Sequence record: MZ358387
Length of the DNA: 64,000 bases
Reading direction: 5' to 3' (one strand)
DNA from: Shigella virus Moo19
How positions within the stretch are numbered: the first letter of the stretch is position 1; each line of letters begins with the position of its first letter. Shown here piece by piece: positions 47,654-57,260 of this stretch. The position numbers were made by a program, and so were the translations under genes. The notes under the pieces are model-generated. The model was given only the letters and a program-made list of their open reading frames with translations, searched no databases and was not told the DNA's origin.

Positions 47654-48859
47654 TTACAGAGGTGCAACAGCTTTCATTACGGCAATACGTTCTGGACGTT
47701 TAACCAGGATACCGTAGTACCACTTGATGCTGGAGAAGCCAGTCTCACCGTAAGGGTCATTACGGTCAGCAGTTTCTTTACCAGGCATCTTGGTCATAAC
47801 ATTGAACTTAACAGACTTACCGTCAGTCTGGAAGCCAATAGTGGTGAAGGAATCATCACCAACAACCAGTACTGGGTAGACATCGTAGTGCTCAGTACCG
47901 TTAACGGTAGAAGTACGATAACCAGGGTTAGCATCAGTAGCTGCTGCACCTGCACCTGCCCAGTGGAGCATCTCTGGAACCTGGATGATACGGAACTTAT
48001 CGATAGTACCGATTTCACCGTTCATCAGAGTACCAGCATCACCGTAGTGCTGAATCTCGATGAATGCTTTGTTACCGAACAGGTCTTTCATTGCCTTCAG
48101 GTCAGGAACCAGTTCAGAACCAACGTACATTACACGAGTACCACCAATCACTTTGGTATCAACCAGACGGGAACCAGTGATGATAGTAGTTTGAGTAGGA
48201 GTACGGTTATCGGTCAGGATGGCATCCAGACGCATCAGGTTTTTATAGGTGATAACAGAAGGGGTAGAACCTTCACCAGTGATGGTTGCATCAGAGGTAG
48301 CAGCGCCTGCATACAGTACTGTACCAGCAGCAGCCAGAAGGTCTTTCTGGAGAACAGCTTCGGTAATCTGTACTGCACCGTTCATCAGTTCACGGGACAG
48401 GTGTTCTTTCAGTTGGTCATCAGAGTCGAAGTCCAGAGATTCCTGGGTGAACTCGTAGAAGAAACCGAACTTATGGATGGAACCTTCACGAGACAGACGG
48501 GTGAAGCCAACACGGTTAACACGACCACCGTTCTCGGTCAGCAGAGGCAGCTTGGAGGTAATAGTACCGATGTCTTTACTTGAACCATACAGGTTACCGT
48601 TTACGATGTGTGCACCGTTAGCATCGATACCCTGGTCGTTAATGTTACGGTCATCCAGCAGAGGAACATATTCGTAAACCTTAATGGTTTTACCCATGTT
48701 CTTCGGCATGTTAGTAACGGAAGCCAGGGGCATAAAGTATTGGTCTTTACGAGCCTGGATAATAGCTTTCTTGAGCCAGTAGAAGGTATTCATCTGGTCA
48801 GAGCCAGCACCATCGATACTGGATTTCTGACCGTCAATTGGAGCGTTATAGTTCAACAT
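47654..48859 (-). CDS. major capsid protein (N4 gp56-like)
   Basis: 401 aa, which is the size I recall for N4 major capsid protein; sits between scaffold-like and downstream virion genes and is followed by a strong hairpin. Confidence 0.65.
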   Translation of the reverse strand: MLNYNAPIDGQKSSIDGAGSDQMNTFYWLKKAIIQARKDQYFMPLASVTNMPKNMGKTIKVYEYVPLLDDRNINDQGIDANGAHIVNGNLYGSSKDIGTITSKLPLLTENGGRVNRVGFTRLSREGSIHKFGFFYEFTQESLDFDSDDQLKEHLSRELMNGAVQITEAVLQKDLLAAAGTVLYAGAATSDATITGEGSTPSVITYKNLMRLDAILTDNRTPTQTTIITGSRLVDTKVIGGTRVMYVGSELVPDLKAMKDLFGNKAFIEIQHYGDAGTLMNGEIGTIDKFRIIQVPEMLHWAGAGAAATDANPGYRTSTVNGTEHYDVYPVLVVGDDSFTTIGFQTDGKSVKFNVMTKMPGKETADRNDPYGETGFSSIKWYYGILVKRPERIAVMKAVAPL

Positions 48860-48871
48860 AATAATTTCCTG

Positions 48872-50107
48872 TTAAAGTCCACCGGGATTCGGCAGTTTAG
48901 CGAACTCTTCATCACTCATAGCGAGTGGATTAATGAAACGTTCTACTTTTTTAGGTGCAGCTCGACTTGGCGAAGCAGCACTTGCTTGTTCAGAGTGGGT
49001 CACCGTAGGTTTCGGTTTAACCACTCGTGTTGCTACTGCTGCACGTTGAGCAGTAACTTCCGGCTTAGGTTCAACAGGTTTACCAGCCAGATGGTTAAAT
49101 GCACCTTGTTTAGCAAGAGCATCACCAACATAGTTATAAGCCTGAATAAACGGTGTTCCGGCTGGAATCTGACCTAACATCTGAAGACGGTTAATCTCAT
49201 TCGAGATAATGTCATAAATGCCATTTTCACGTTGAGACTGAATCGTCTGGATTAAGCCACGATTCTCAAACAGTGCATTCTTACTGGCTTCATCCCATGT
49301 CTGAGAAATTACACCTAAAGTAGCTTGTCCTTCTGGGGTAGACTTTAAATCGTCCAGTTCGGTTGCAAATGCTGCTTCAGTGTCAGATACACGGTGATTG
49401 CCTTTCTGGTAATTGATTTCCTCATCCATATTAATATCGAGAGGGTCAGTACCAGAATCTTTAAGCAACTTACGAATGGCTTCTGGGTTCTTCTTATCTA
49501 AGTCAATTAGATAAGACAGCTTGTCCTCATCCATCAGTCCGTTGTTTTCTAACATCAGCATCACCTTACGGTAAGGCTGTAATGCTTGCATCTTACGAGT
49601 GTAGTTAGCACCCATCTGCATCAGGCTAATGGCCTCCTCCGGTGATTGGGGAGTAATCATTTTACCGTTAGCTTTAAATGGAGCCATCAAACGTTCGTAA
49701 CCAGCTTTATAGTCGAAGTCGGTTGGCAGACCTTCAGACTGTTTATCCTCTTCTGTCTTACTCTGGCCGGAGTCTTCAGTAGCAGGAGCAGCTTTAGTAA
49801 TCGGCTTACCGTTACTATCAACTTCATTGGCGTCAACTTTATCATCAACTTTATCAGAAGTTAAATTTTTTGCTGCATCTTCATCTACTTCAGACTGCTC
49901 AGAGTTATCTTCTTCTGGTTCGTCCGTTGTGGTTGTTTCTTCAGATTGGGTAGTAACTACTTCTTCTTGTTCAGTAGTAACGTCTTCTTCTGGGTTGTTC
50001 TGAGTGTCTTGCTCAACTTCCTCTGAAGGAGGAACAGACATATTCAGAATCTCATCATCCGACATTGCGAGAATGTCGGAAGCCTGTTTAGTGGCTTCCG
50101 TAGTCAT
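48872..50107 (-). CDS. putative scaffolding protein
   Basis: 411 aa, highly acidic N-terminal half; located between portal and capsid genes. Confidence 0.4.
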   Translation of the reverse strand: MTTEATKQASDILAMSDDEILNMSVPPSEEVEQDTQNNPEEDVTTEQEEVVTTQSEETTTTDEPEEDNSEQSEVDEDAAKNLTSDKVDDKVDANEVDSNGKPITKAAPATEDSGQSKTEEDKQSEGLPTDFDYKAGYERLMAPFKANGKMITPQSPEEAISLMQMGANYTRKMQALQPYRKVMLMLENNGLMDEDKLSYLIDLDKKNPEAIRKLLKDSGTDPLDINMDEEINYQKGNHRVSDTEAAFATELDDLKSTPEGQATLGVISQTWDEASKNALFENRGLIQTIQSQRENGIYDIISNEINRLQMLGQIPAGTPFIQAYNYVGDALAKQGAFNHLAGKPVEPKPEVTAQRAAVATRVVKPKPTVTHSEQASAASPSRAAPKKVERFINPLAMSDEEFAKLPNPGGL

Positions 50108-50125
50108 GGGGAGTATCTCCGGTTA

Positions 50126-50488
50126 TTAGTCTTGAATTACTTCTTCGTCTTCATCCGGTTCTGCACGAACCGTATCCAGCATTTCCTGAACACGTTCGAT
50201 AGTACCGATAGCCTGGTCACCCAGACGCAAGGAGATATCCAGCCAACGACGGATATGACCAGCAGCTTGTGCCATTGCCAGAGCATCAGCACGTTGTTCT
50301 GCTGTCAGCAGAGGGTCGCCTGATTCCTGAACGTAGCGAGCACATTCTTTCTCACAGAACTGTTCCAGAATTACTTTACGGAACAGACGGTTTTCACACA
50401 GTTTGCGAACGTCTTCTGCACGGGCAACAATTTCTTTGTTGCCAGCCAGTTGATATTCCAGTCCTGCGATTTCTTGTTCTTTACTCAT
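50126..50488 (-). CDS. hypothetical protein
   Basis: 120 aa between the portal and scaffold-like genes. Confidence 0.4.
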   Translation of the reverse strand: MSKEQEIAGLEYQLAGNKEIVARAEDVRKLCENRLFRKVILEQFCEKECARYVQESGDPLLTAEQRADALAMAQAAGHIRRWLDISLRLGDQAIGTIERVQEMLDTVRAEPDEDEEVIQD

Positions 50489-50502
50489 GAAGGTCTGCCT
50501 TA

Positions 50503-52785
50503 TTAAAGGTTCATGCCGGGACTCAATGCTGGGTCACGACTTGGGTCAAAATACTGGGAACCAATGGAAAGAGATGGGTCTTGGGGTGCAAGAGCATCAC
50601 GTTCTAATTCATTGTTCACCTGGTTGTTACCATCGGTAATTGCATTATATCCGATAGCAGCAGATATGTTAGGGGAAGTTTCGCCTTCTTTTACTGGTTG
50701 TGTCAATGCTTTAGTTACTTGAAGGTTCTGGTTACCCTGAGATTGTGCTTTTTGTTTTTCCATTTCACGAGCATGTTTAGTGCCGGATTCCTGTTCCAGA
50801 TAATCCAGATTAGTCATATCTTTCTTAGCATCTTCTGCACGAACCTTAGCTTCGTTCAATGCAATCTCAGATTGCAGCTTTTGGTTTTCCAGTTGAGCTT
50901 TCTGAATAGCCAGTTGCTTAAGTTGTTCTTCCATTGGGTCTGGTTCTGGTTTCCAGGTACGTAACTCGTGTGCCAGTTCAGGCATACGTTTAAGTTCTGC
51001 AATACGTGCAACCAGTTTAAGAGTAACTTGCTGGTCAACCGTGTTACCAATAGTCTGAACCATGAAGCCCAGGTCTTGGGATTTCTGGTTATCGACTTCA
51101 GCAGTGTTGATATCTACTTCAATATCAAAGTTGCCTTTCAGGTCTTCACGGTTAATAGTCACGTATTCCTCATTGGTAATACGAACGACTTCTGTCTCAG
51201 AAAGGAATACGGCATTCATTGCACAAATCTTTGTACCAATGTCAGCCATACCTTTTGCCAGACGACGAAGGATTGCCATCTCACGTTTAGAAGCTGCATC
51301 CAGTGCACCACGAATACCAGCAGCAACATCACCATAAGCTGAACCAGTAACACCACCTGCAAATGCCTTTACCCCGGTAAGTGCTTCTGCTTCTTGGTTC
51401 TGCATCTGAGACATTACAATTGCAGACTGAGGTAACTCAGGGAATTTATGTTCGATAATTGCCTGAGAAGGATTACCCGTCTGGGGATTGTATTCATAGT
51501 CCAGACCATCTTCGAAACGACGACGGTTAAGAGTATCCAGCATACCTTTAGGGTAAGCACGTTGACCATTGGCACTACGACCAAGTAAGTCAATCATGCC
51601 ACGCATGGTAGCACCCAGGATTTTCTGGTTATCACCTAACAGTTCTGCATCTGCTTCGCCATACAATTCACGTTTACGTGGCATATATGGAACCAGTACG
51701 AATGGTAGCTTACCATCTGGGTATGGATTCTCTTCCATACGGATAAGAGTTGTACCAATCCAGGTAGCTACAATTGGCTTAAGTTCACCGTCACCGTTAG
51801 TATCCCAGAATCCCCAGTATTCATATGCAATGACACGTTTACGCATAGCATCACGGAACTGGAAGTCACCAGGAGTTTTACTCTCATGGTCTGGGTCAGT
51901 AAGTGGGGAAGAACTTTCCCAATCAATTTTATCCAGATTGTGATAACGGTCTGGGGTCTTTAACAAATCTGCTTTACAGGTTTCGAATGAGACAACTGCA
52001 AACAGTGCTCGGTCGAGGTCACCATTACAGGACGGGTCGATAACAACGTTGTTTGGGTCGAGCATTTCAACCGTTGGCCTGTTAACCACAGCCTTCTCGA
52101 CTTCAACTTCCGTAGTACCCGTCTGGATAGCATAAGTAGCTTCACCCGTTTCATTGAAATAGTTAACAGCTTCCTTAACGTCATCTGCTACTTGTTCCTC
52201 ATATCCACGGGGGTTTTGTGCCTGAAGGTCTAAGGCTTGTTGCAGAATCTGAACTTGTTCTTCTGTTTCAACAGGGTACATCTGGAAGACAGGGGCGTCC
52301 TGTTTAACCTTAACTACCTTGCGTTCCCAACCAACACGAGCAATGCCAGTACCGTCATCGCAGACAGAGTGAACGTAATCATCCACCAGCTTCACACGGT
52401 TAAGCTGAGTACGGAACTGGTAATTAAGTACAAGTTCGTTCTGACGTGCAGCTTGTTCATCTTCCCAGGTAACCGGGGTAAGTTTGAATAACTTAGGGGA
52501 TGACAGAAACGGCTCAGACAATGGGGCATAACGCCACTCTGCCTGACGTCGAACCAGTTTAGGCTGGACCTGGGAACGGCCTTTTACCTTTGGGGGCTTA
52601 GCCGAACCTTCTGCTTTCATGAGGTCATTCCATTTCTGGATTTCTTTCATGATTGCATCATGGGCTGGTTTACCTGCTTCAAGGTCAGCCTTCAGTGTCT
52701 GAATACTTGGCTCTTTCTTCCAGTTAGTCAGCTTATCTGATTGCCCTGGGTCTGGAAGAGGAGTCATAGAATCTTGATGTTCCAT
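50503..52785 (-). CDS. portal protein (N4 gp59-like)
   Basis: 760 aa (N4 portal about 763 aa as I recall); position between lysis cassette and scaffold/capsid genes. Confidence 0.6.
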   Translation of the reverse strand: MEHQDSMTPLPDPGQSDKLTNWKKEPSIQTLKADLEAGKPAHDAIMKEIQKWNDLMKAEGSAKPPKVKGRSQVQPKLVRRQAEWRYAPLSEPFLSSPKLFKLTPVTWEDEQAARQNELVLNYQFRTQLNRVKLVDDYVHSVCDDGTGIARVGWERKVVKVKQDAPVFQMYPVETEEQVQILQQALDLQAQNPRGYEEQVADDVKEAVNYFNETGEATYAIQTGTTEVEVEKAVVNRPTVEMLDPNNVVIDPSCNGDLDRALFAVVSFETCKADLLKTPDRYHNLDKIDWESSSPLTDPDHESKTPGDFQFRDAMRKRVIAYEYWGFWDTNGDGELKPIVATWIGTTLIRMEENPYPDGKLPFVLVPYMPRKRELYGEADAELLGDNQKILGATMRGMIDLLGRSANGQRAYPKGMLDTLNRRRFEDGLDYEYNPQTGNPSQAIIEHKFPELPQSAIVMSQMQNQEAEALTGVKAFAGGVTGSAYGDVAAGIRGALDAASKREMAILRRLAKGMADIGTKICAMNAVFLSETEVVRITNEEYVTINREDLKGNFDIEVDINTAEVDNQKSQDLGFMVQTIGNTVDQQVTLKLVARIAELKRMPELAHELRTWKPEPDPMEEQLKQLAIQKAQLENQKLQSEIALNEAKVRAEDAKKDMTNLDYLEQESGTKHAREMEKQKAQSQGNQNLQVTKALTQPVKEGETSPNISAAIGYNAITDGNNQVNNELERDALAPQDPSLSIGSQYFDPSRDPALSPGMNL

Positions 52786-52793
52786 AGTAATTC

Positions 52794-53294
52794 CTATTGT
52801 AAAAGTTTCCGGTCGGCCTTGATTTGGTTCCCCAACTCAATCAATTGGTTGTCACGGAGTCTAACAGTTGCCCTGAGTTCTTCAACCACTCGTCTGCCTT
52901 GTTCAAGACTGGAGTCGAGTTCGGCTGCATGGCTTGCAAGACTTCTGCACTCAAAGGTTCCGGCTTCGGCTTGACGTTTATATACGTCGGCTCTTTTGCT
53001 TGATTGCTGCATCCGGCTGTCGTAATCACTGCTAAGGCGAGCAAGCTCGCCTGCGTAATTACTCTCAGCCGTCTGCAATCTGGTAGTGAGCATACCGACT
53101 TCATAGCTGTGTTGTCTGTTAAGGACATCGTATTCACCCTTAAGTTTATTGTAGGCTTTCTGGTCTTCTACTTTCTGAGCATCCCACTTGGCCTGAACTT
53201 TATCCTGACCATTACTGGAACCCCAAAAGTAAATGGTGGCTCCCAAAGCCACCACTACCAGATAAGGCCAACCTTTAGAGATTAGCGTCATCAT
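52794..53294 (-). CDS. i-spanin (Rz-like)
   Basis: GGAGG RBS then ATG 53294. N-terminal TM '[17 protein letters not shown]' followed by a coiled coil. Confidence 0.55.
   Translation of the reverse strand: MMTLISKGWPYLVVVALGATIYFWGSSNGQDKVQAKWDAQKVEDQKAYNKLKGEYDVLNRQHSYEVGMLTTRLQTAESNYAGELARLSSDYDSRMQQSSKRADVYKRQAEAGTFECRSLASHAAELDSSLEQGRRVVEELRATVRLRDNQLIELGNQIKADRKLLQ
52841..53128 (-). CDS. o-spanin (Rz1-like lipoprotein) embedded in the i-spanin gene in another frame
   Basis: Hydrophobic signal '[14 protein letters not shown]' with lipobox Cys, then a Pro-rich mature part ('[11 protein letters not shown]...'). Start uncertain (53128 or 53104). Confidence 0.5.
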   Translation of the reverse strand: MSLTDNTAMKSVCSLPDCRRLRVITQASLLALAVITTAGCSNQAKEPTYINVKPKPEPLSAEVLQAMQPNSTPVLNKADEWLKNSGQLLDSVTTN

Positions 53295-53910
53295 TACATG
53301 CCTCCAGAGGCACATTACCAATACGGTTTGATATCCAGCCATACGTATAGTCAGGCATGTTTAACGAGGTGTAGTGATTAAGTTGTTTACCATCCAATAG
53401 CTTAATCATAGTCTTACAGGCTTCTACTTTGCCTCGTTTTTTCTGGAGTGCCCTATACGAGTTAATGGTTGCTGTACCAACTTTACCATCAACTTGTATT
53501 TTAGGGTAGTCTTTGCCATTACGACTAACGTCATTCAAAGACTCTTGAAGCCAACGTGCTGGACGTGGTGTCCCAGTGTTTACTCCAGCATCCACCAGCT
53601 TGTGGGTCACAGCAGGACTAATAGAAGCGAACTCAATAAAGTTTGGCTTGATAATGTAGTCATCAACATAAACTTCAGCAGCCATCTCTTTAGTAAGTCC
53701 TTTCATAGTCCCATCCCATCCGTATTTCTTTGCTAAGACTTCCTTGTGGGACTGGGCTACTTTCTTAGTTATCCCGTGATTAGTTTCCCCTCCTGGGTCT
53801 TTGGGGTCATTTACATAACCACCTTCCAGCATAAAAACGGAACCAAGAATGGCAGCAACTACTGCTCCCACTGCACCACCCCTGGTTGCTAGTTTTTTAT
53901 TTATTGCCAT
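53275..53910 (-). CDS. SAR endolysin, GH108-type N-acetylmuramidase
   Basis: AGAGGAGG RBS then ATG 53910. N-terminal Gly/Ala-rich weak TM 'GGAVGAVVAAILGSVFML' followed by 'EGGYVNDPKDPGGETNHGIT'. Confidence 0.7.
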   Translation of the reverse strand: MAINKKLATRGGAVGAVVAAILGSVFMLEGGYVNDPKDPGGETNHGITKKVAQSHKEVLAKKYGWDGTMKGLTKEMAAEVYVDDYIIKPNFIEFASISPAVTHKLVDAGVNTGTPRPARWLQESLNDVSRNGKDYPKIQVDGKVGTATINSYRALQKKRGKVEACKTMIKLLDGKQLNHYTSLNMPDYTYGWISNRIGNVPLEACNDDANL

Positions 53911-54163
53911 GATAGTCCTCCTCTTTAGGCTTTAAACGAATAAGCCTGCCAACGATGTTCAAGGCAAATAAGCCAATGGCAACACCTGAACCATGTGGAA
54001 TCTGGTCAAGCAGATGTCTTGGCAAACCTGAGAACATTGGCTGGATTATATCGACGGCAGAGAAGAGAATCAGACCAATAGTACTAATCTGGATAGAAGC
54101 CCATTTCCAGGCTCGTTTCCAGTTAGGTACTAGTTCAACCCTTTTGGTTAACCTGCGAACCAT
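53897..54163 (-). CDS. holin (two TM helices; pinholin candidate)
   Basis: TAAGGAGA RBS then ATG 54163. Two hydrophobic helices and a charged C-terminus; overlaps the endolysin start by 14 nt. Confidence 0.5.
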   Translation of the reverse strand: MVRRLTKRVELVPNWKRAWKWASIQISTIGLILFSAVDIIQPMFSGLPRHLLDQIPHGSGVAIGLFALNIVGRLIRLKPKEEDYHGNK

Positions 54164-54477
54164 GCGAAAATCTCCTTACGTGCTGCAACCAACAGACTTA
54201 AGATTGCACCTGCTGCTGCCCATACCCACTTACCAAAGATTCCTGCACCAACTACCTTGTGCTTAATGGTAATGAACTCTTCGATGGTAGGCTCATTTTT
54301 AGCAAGACTCTCTTCAACATTCTTAAGTCTGTTACTAACTTCAGCAACTGAGTCCTTAAGATTGGTGATGGAGTTTTCCAGCTTTGCTCGGTCATTCCTT
54401 TCACGTTCCTGGTTCTCGAACATGGTTTTAAATCGTTCCTCCAGTCGAGCCAGTAATACATCAGTGGGTTCAGACAT
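54148..54477 (-). CDS. C-terminally membrane-anchored coiled-coil protein (antiholin/lysis-regulator candidate)
   Basis: Cytoplasmic coiled coil then one C-terminal TM 'VVGAGIFGKWVWAAAGAILSLLVAA'. Start at ATG 54477; ORF-track start 54507 is GTG. Confidence 0.35.
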   Translation of the reverse strand: MSEPTDVLLARLEERFKTMFENQERERNDRAKLENSITNLKDSVAEVSNRLKNVEESLAKNEPTIEEFITIKHKVVGAGIFGKWVWAAAGAILSLLVAARKEIFAWFAG

Positions 54478-54535
54478 AATAATTTTCCACGTAGTAATAA
54501 TATGCACCAGGAATAATACTTATAAACGCTAGCCT

Positions 54536-54567
54536 ACGAAAGGAAAAAGCCCCCATTAAGGAGGCTT
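54536..54567 (-). terminator. terminator-like hairpin downstream of the tail-spike gene
   Basis: Stem aagcccc/gaggctt (one mismatch) with U-rich flank on both strands. Confidence 0.45.
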
Positions 54568-54573
54568 ACTTTT

Positions 54574-57204
54574 TTAAAGCTGGGAGATGCTCCAGTATGC
54601 ACTACGTGATTTTGTCAGTGGTGGTCTAGTGGTAAGTGGTTCGGTTGCCCGAATACGAGTACCTGCCGGAACTGCTGTCTGAATAGGATGAGCAATGTCC
54701 ATCGTAATCGGAGCAGAGATGTTTGTAGCAGGTGTCTGATAAGGAGCCTTAGTAATATAAGTCTCAAGGTCAGCACCTCCAGCCCCAGCACCCGGAATTG
54801 TAATACGAGTACCTGGTGAGAACTGGCAAACGTACAACCATGCTGAACCCTTAGACGTACCATCTGGAGTCAGATTCTGGGTAATGGTTTTAGTCCCAAC
54901 AGCAGCAGCTTTAATATCTGCTTCTTCGGTATCCGGGATAAACACACCAGGGGAAGTAACTACGAATGGGCTGTTAACGTAAACGTCAGCAGCAACAAAC
55001 TTAGTCTTATCCCTCATGTTGTCACGACCAGAGAGTGACGTGTTAGGAACCATCATGGAACGTTGAAGCTCCATAACAAACACCGTATCCCCATAGTTAA
55101 ACTGACGACCAGTAGGGAAACGAGTACCATTCTGACCGTGGTCAGCTTCACCAGGGAAGTAGACACGACCAGCAGAACCAACAGGCACACCGTTAGAACC
55201 AATGAAGTTAGCGTATGGTACAGACGTAACGTTAGAACCAGTGATGCTCACCTCAGAGTAACGGCAACGTAACCAGCCCTGACTAATTGCAATACGGTCA
55301 CCGTGGGTAGCGTTAACGTTAGTCATGTTCAGGACAGAACGTTGGAACGTAAACCAACCATCACCAGTAAAGCCATCAGCAGAAGAATACTGACCAACAC
55401 AGTTAAATACCTGAGTCAGTACGTTGGACATGTTCAACTCAGATGCTACACCGAACACAGTGAACTTGTAGGCATCAATGTTATCCAGTGTCACACGGTT
55501 ATTGTGCTCAACCAGATTGCCGTCCAGACCAGCAGATACACCTGCATAGAAACGACCAGTCTTAGTCACAACGTTACGTACTGTGAAGTTGTGGCAAGGA
55601 CAAGCCGGACCATATACGAAACCTGGGTCGGGTGGAATCAAAGTACCACTCTCATCATACTTAGGAGCATTGTTACCCCACTCCAGAGAAATAAGGCGTA
55701 CATCCTCAGCACTGGCAATTTCCTGGAATTTACCCGGTTCAAGCGGGAACTCAATACGTTCAGTCGCTAAGTCCGGTTCGCCGTATACACCGTTAATAGC
55801 AAAGTCTTTACAGCCATACATGAAGACTGCACCCAGAGACAAACCAGTACCCACAGATACTTTGTTACATGGGTCAGCATGAATGTTCTCGATAACAAGG
55901 TTACGACCAAGCTCAAAGTGAACCACCTGACGAACACGGTCTGCATAGACATTACGGATGGTAACGTTCTTACAGTATTGGTCTTGAGTAGCAGCCCAAC
56001 CATATGGACCCTTACCAGCAACACCGATACCGATACCCCAGTTGGATACAGGGATTGGAGCCAGGGAACCATCAATGTCAAAGATGGTGATGTTCTCAAT
56101 AACACAGCCATCATCGAAGCAGTTCTGTACAACGTTAAGCTCAATGGCATCGCCCTTCATAGAATGGAATGTAAGGTTACGAAGAACCATACGGTCAATC
56201 TTGCCACCAGAACCTTGCTGAAGAATACCGAAGTAACCACCACGGAAAATACAACCTTCCATCTGGAAAGTACCTGCATCAGTGAAAGAAGCATTAGCAG
56301 CTTTCTCTGCATCAGTAGCACCAGGGATAGAAGTGTCATAATGCCATAAGTGCTGGAATACAACGGAGCCAGCTTGACCAGCACGAGGAGGACCATCGAA
56401 CAGACAATCGGTCATAACAATGTCACCACCCTTTGGCATTACACGCGTGTTCTTAAACGTAGTGCCACGGAAGATAGTGTTATGAATCCAGAAGTCACGG
56501 TCACCCTCAAACTCACCATTCAGTACAGTGATGTTTTCAGCAAGCAGACGCCCTACGTTAAGCCAACCGGACTGGAATCCAGTACAGTCAATAACGTGTG
56601 GTGCATTGTCACGAGCATATTTAAACGCATCGTTAACTGCATCAGTCATGGTTGCATATGGACGGTTAGTAAATTCACGAATGTGAGGTACGTTCATCCA
56701 GTCAGAGATATTACCACCAGCAGGAGTAGTAATAGTCTCAGCAGGAATAAGAACCCATGCACCAGGTTTAATGCCACCAGCATTAATTGGGTTGTCCGTG
56801 GCAGACATCTGCTTAGGTAATGCCCCAGTCCAACGGTAACGACCAGCACCGAACAGAATAGTTTGGTTATGGGTTTCCAATGTGTAATTCATACCAAAAG
56901 CAAAACCAGTATGAAAATACTCACCACGTTTAGCAGCATACTCACCAAGGTCTATAGAACCAGCAGAATGTGTAAGTACCCCAGAAGTAGCTAAACCTAC
57001 TGCCGTGGTTCCAGATGGTAGACCACTAGGTAGATAATAAGCACGTTCTGTACGCTGGTCATAAATCACACGAATGGCAGAAATATCCATACCAGCTTTA
57101 AAGTAAGCTACCTGTTTTTCTGTTACCCCGAAATTACGGGCAATTGATTGCATATTTACAAGGATACTAGTTGAACCCTTTCCTTGTGCAAACAAGTTGT
57201 TCAT
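54574..57204 (-). CDS. tail spike protein with predicted right-handed beta-helix (polysaccharide-depolymerase-like)
   Basis: AGAGG RBS then ATG 57204. 876 aa with recurring beta-helix rungs ('IENITIFDIDGS', 'VTIRNVYADRV', 'LVIENIHADP'). Confidence 0.5.
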   Translation of the reverse strand: MNNLFAQGKGSTSILVNMQSIARNFGVTEKQVAYFKAGMDISAIRVIYDQRTERAYYLPSGLPSGTTAVGLATSGVLTHSAGSIDLGEYAAKRGEYFHTGFAFGMNYTLETHNQTILFGAGRYRWTGALPKQMSATDNPINAGGIKPGAWVLIPAETITTPAGGNISDWMNVPHIREFTNRPYATMTDAVNDAFKYARDNAPHVIDCTGFQSGWLNVGRLLAENITVLNGEFEGDRDFWIHNTIFRGTTFKNTRVMPKGGDIVMTDCLFDGPPRAGQAGSVVFQHLWHYDTSIPGATDAEKAANASFTDAGTFQMEGCIFRGGYFGILQQGSGGKIDRMVLRNLTFHSMKGDAIELNVVQNCFDDGCVIENITIFDIDGSLAPIPVSNWGIGIGVAGKGPYGWAATQDQYCKNVTIRNVYADRVRQVVHFELGRNLVIENIHADPCNKVSVGTGLSLGAVFMYGCKDFAINGVYGEPDLATERIEFPLEPGKFQEIASAEDVRLISLEWGNNAPKYDESGTLIPPDPGFVYGPACPCHNFTVRNVVTKTGRFYAGVSAGLDGNLVEHNNRVTLDNIDAYKFTVFGVASELNMSNVLTQVFNCVGQYSSADGFTGDGWFTFQRSVLNMTNVNATHGDRIAISQGWLRCRYSEVSITGSNVTSVPYANFIGSNGVPVGSAGRVYFPGEADHGQNGTRFPTGRQFNYGDTVFVMELQRSMMVPNTSLSGRDNMRDKTKFVAADVYVNSPFVVTSPGVFIPDTEEADIKAAAVGTKTITQNLTPDGTSKGSAWLYVCQFSPGTRITIPGAGAGGADLETYITKAPYQTPATNISAPITMDIAHPIQTAVPAGTRIRATEPLTTRPPLTKSRSAYWSISQL

Positions 57205-57212
57205 AAGAACCT

Positions 57213-57240
57213 CTTTAAAAAGCCCTACCTAAGTAGGGCA
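57213..57240 (-). terminator. rho-independent terminator downstream of the SGNH tail-fibre gene
   Basis: Stem gccctac/gtagggc, loop 'ttag' on the minus strand, then UUUUU. Confidence 0.6.
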
Positions 57241-57260
57241 TTAAATGAAAATTGGAGAGG

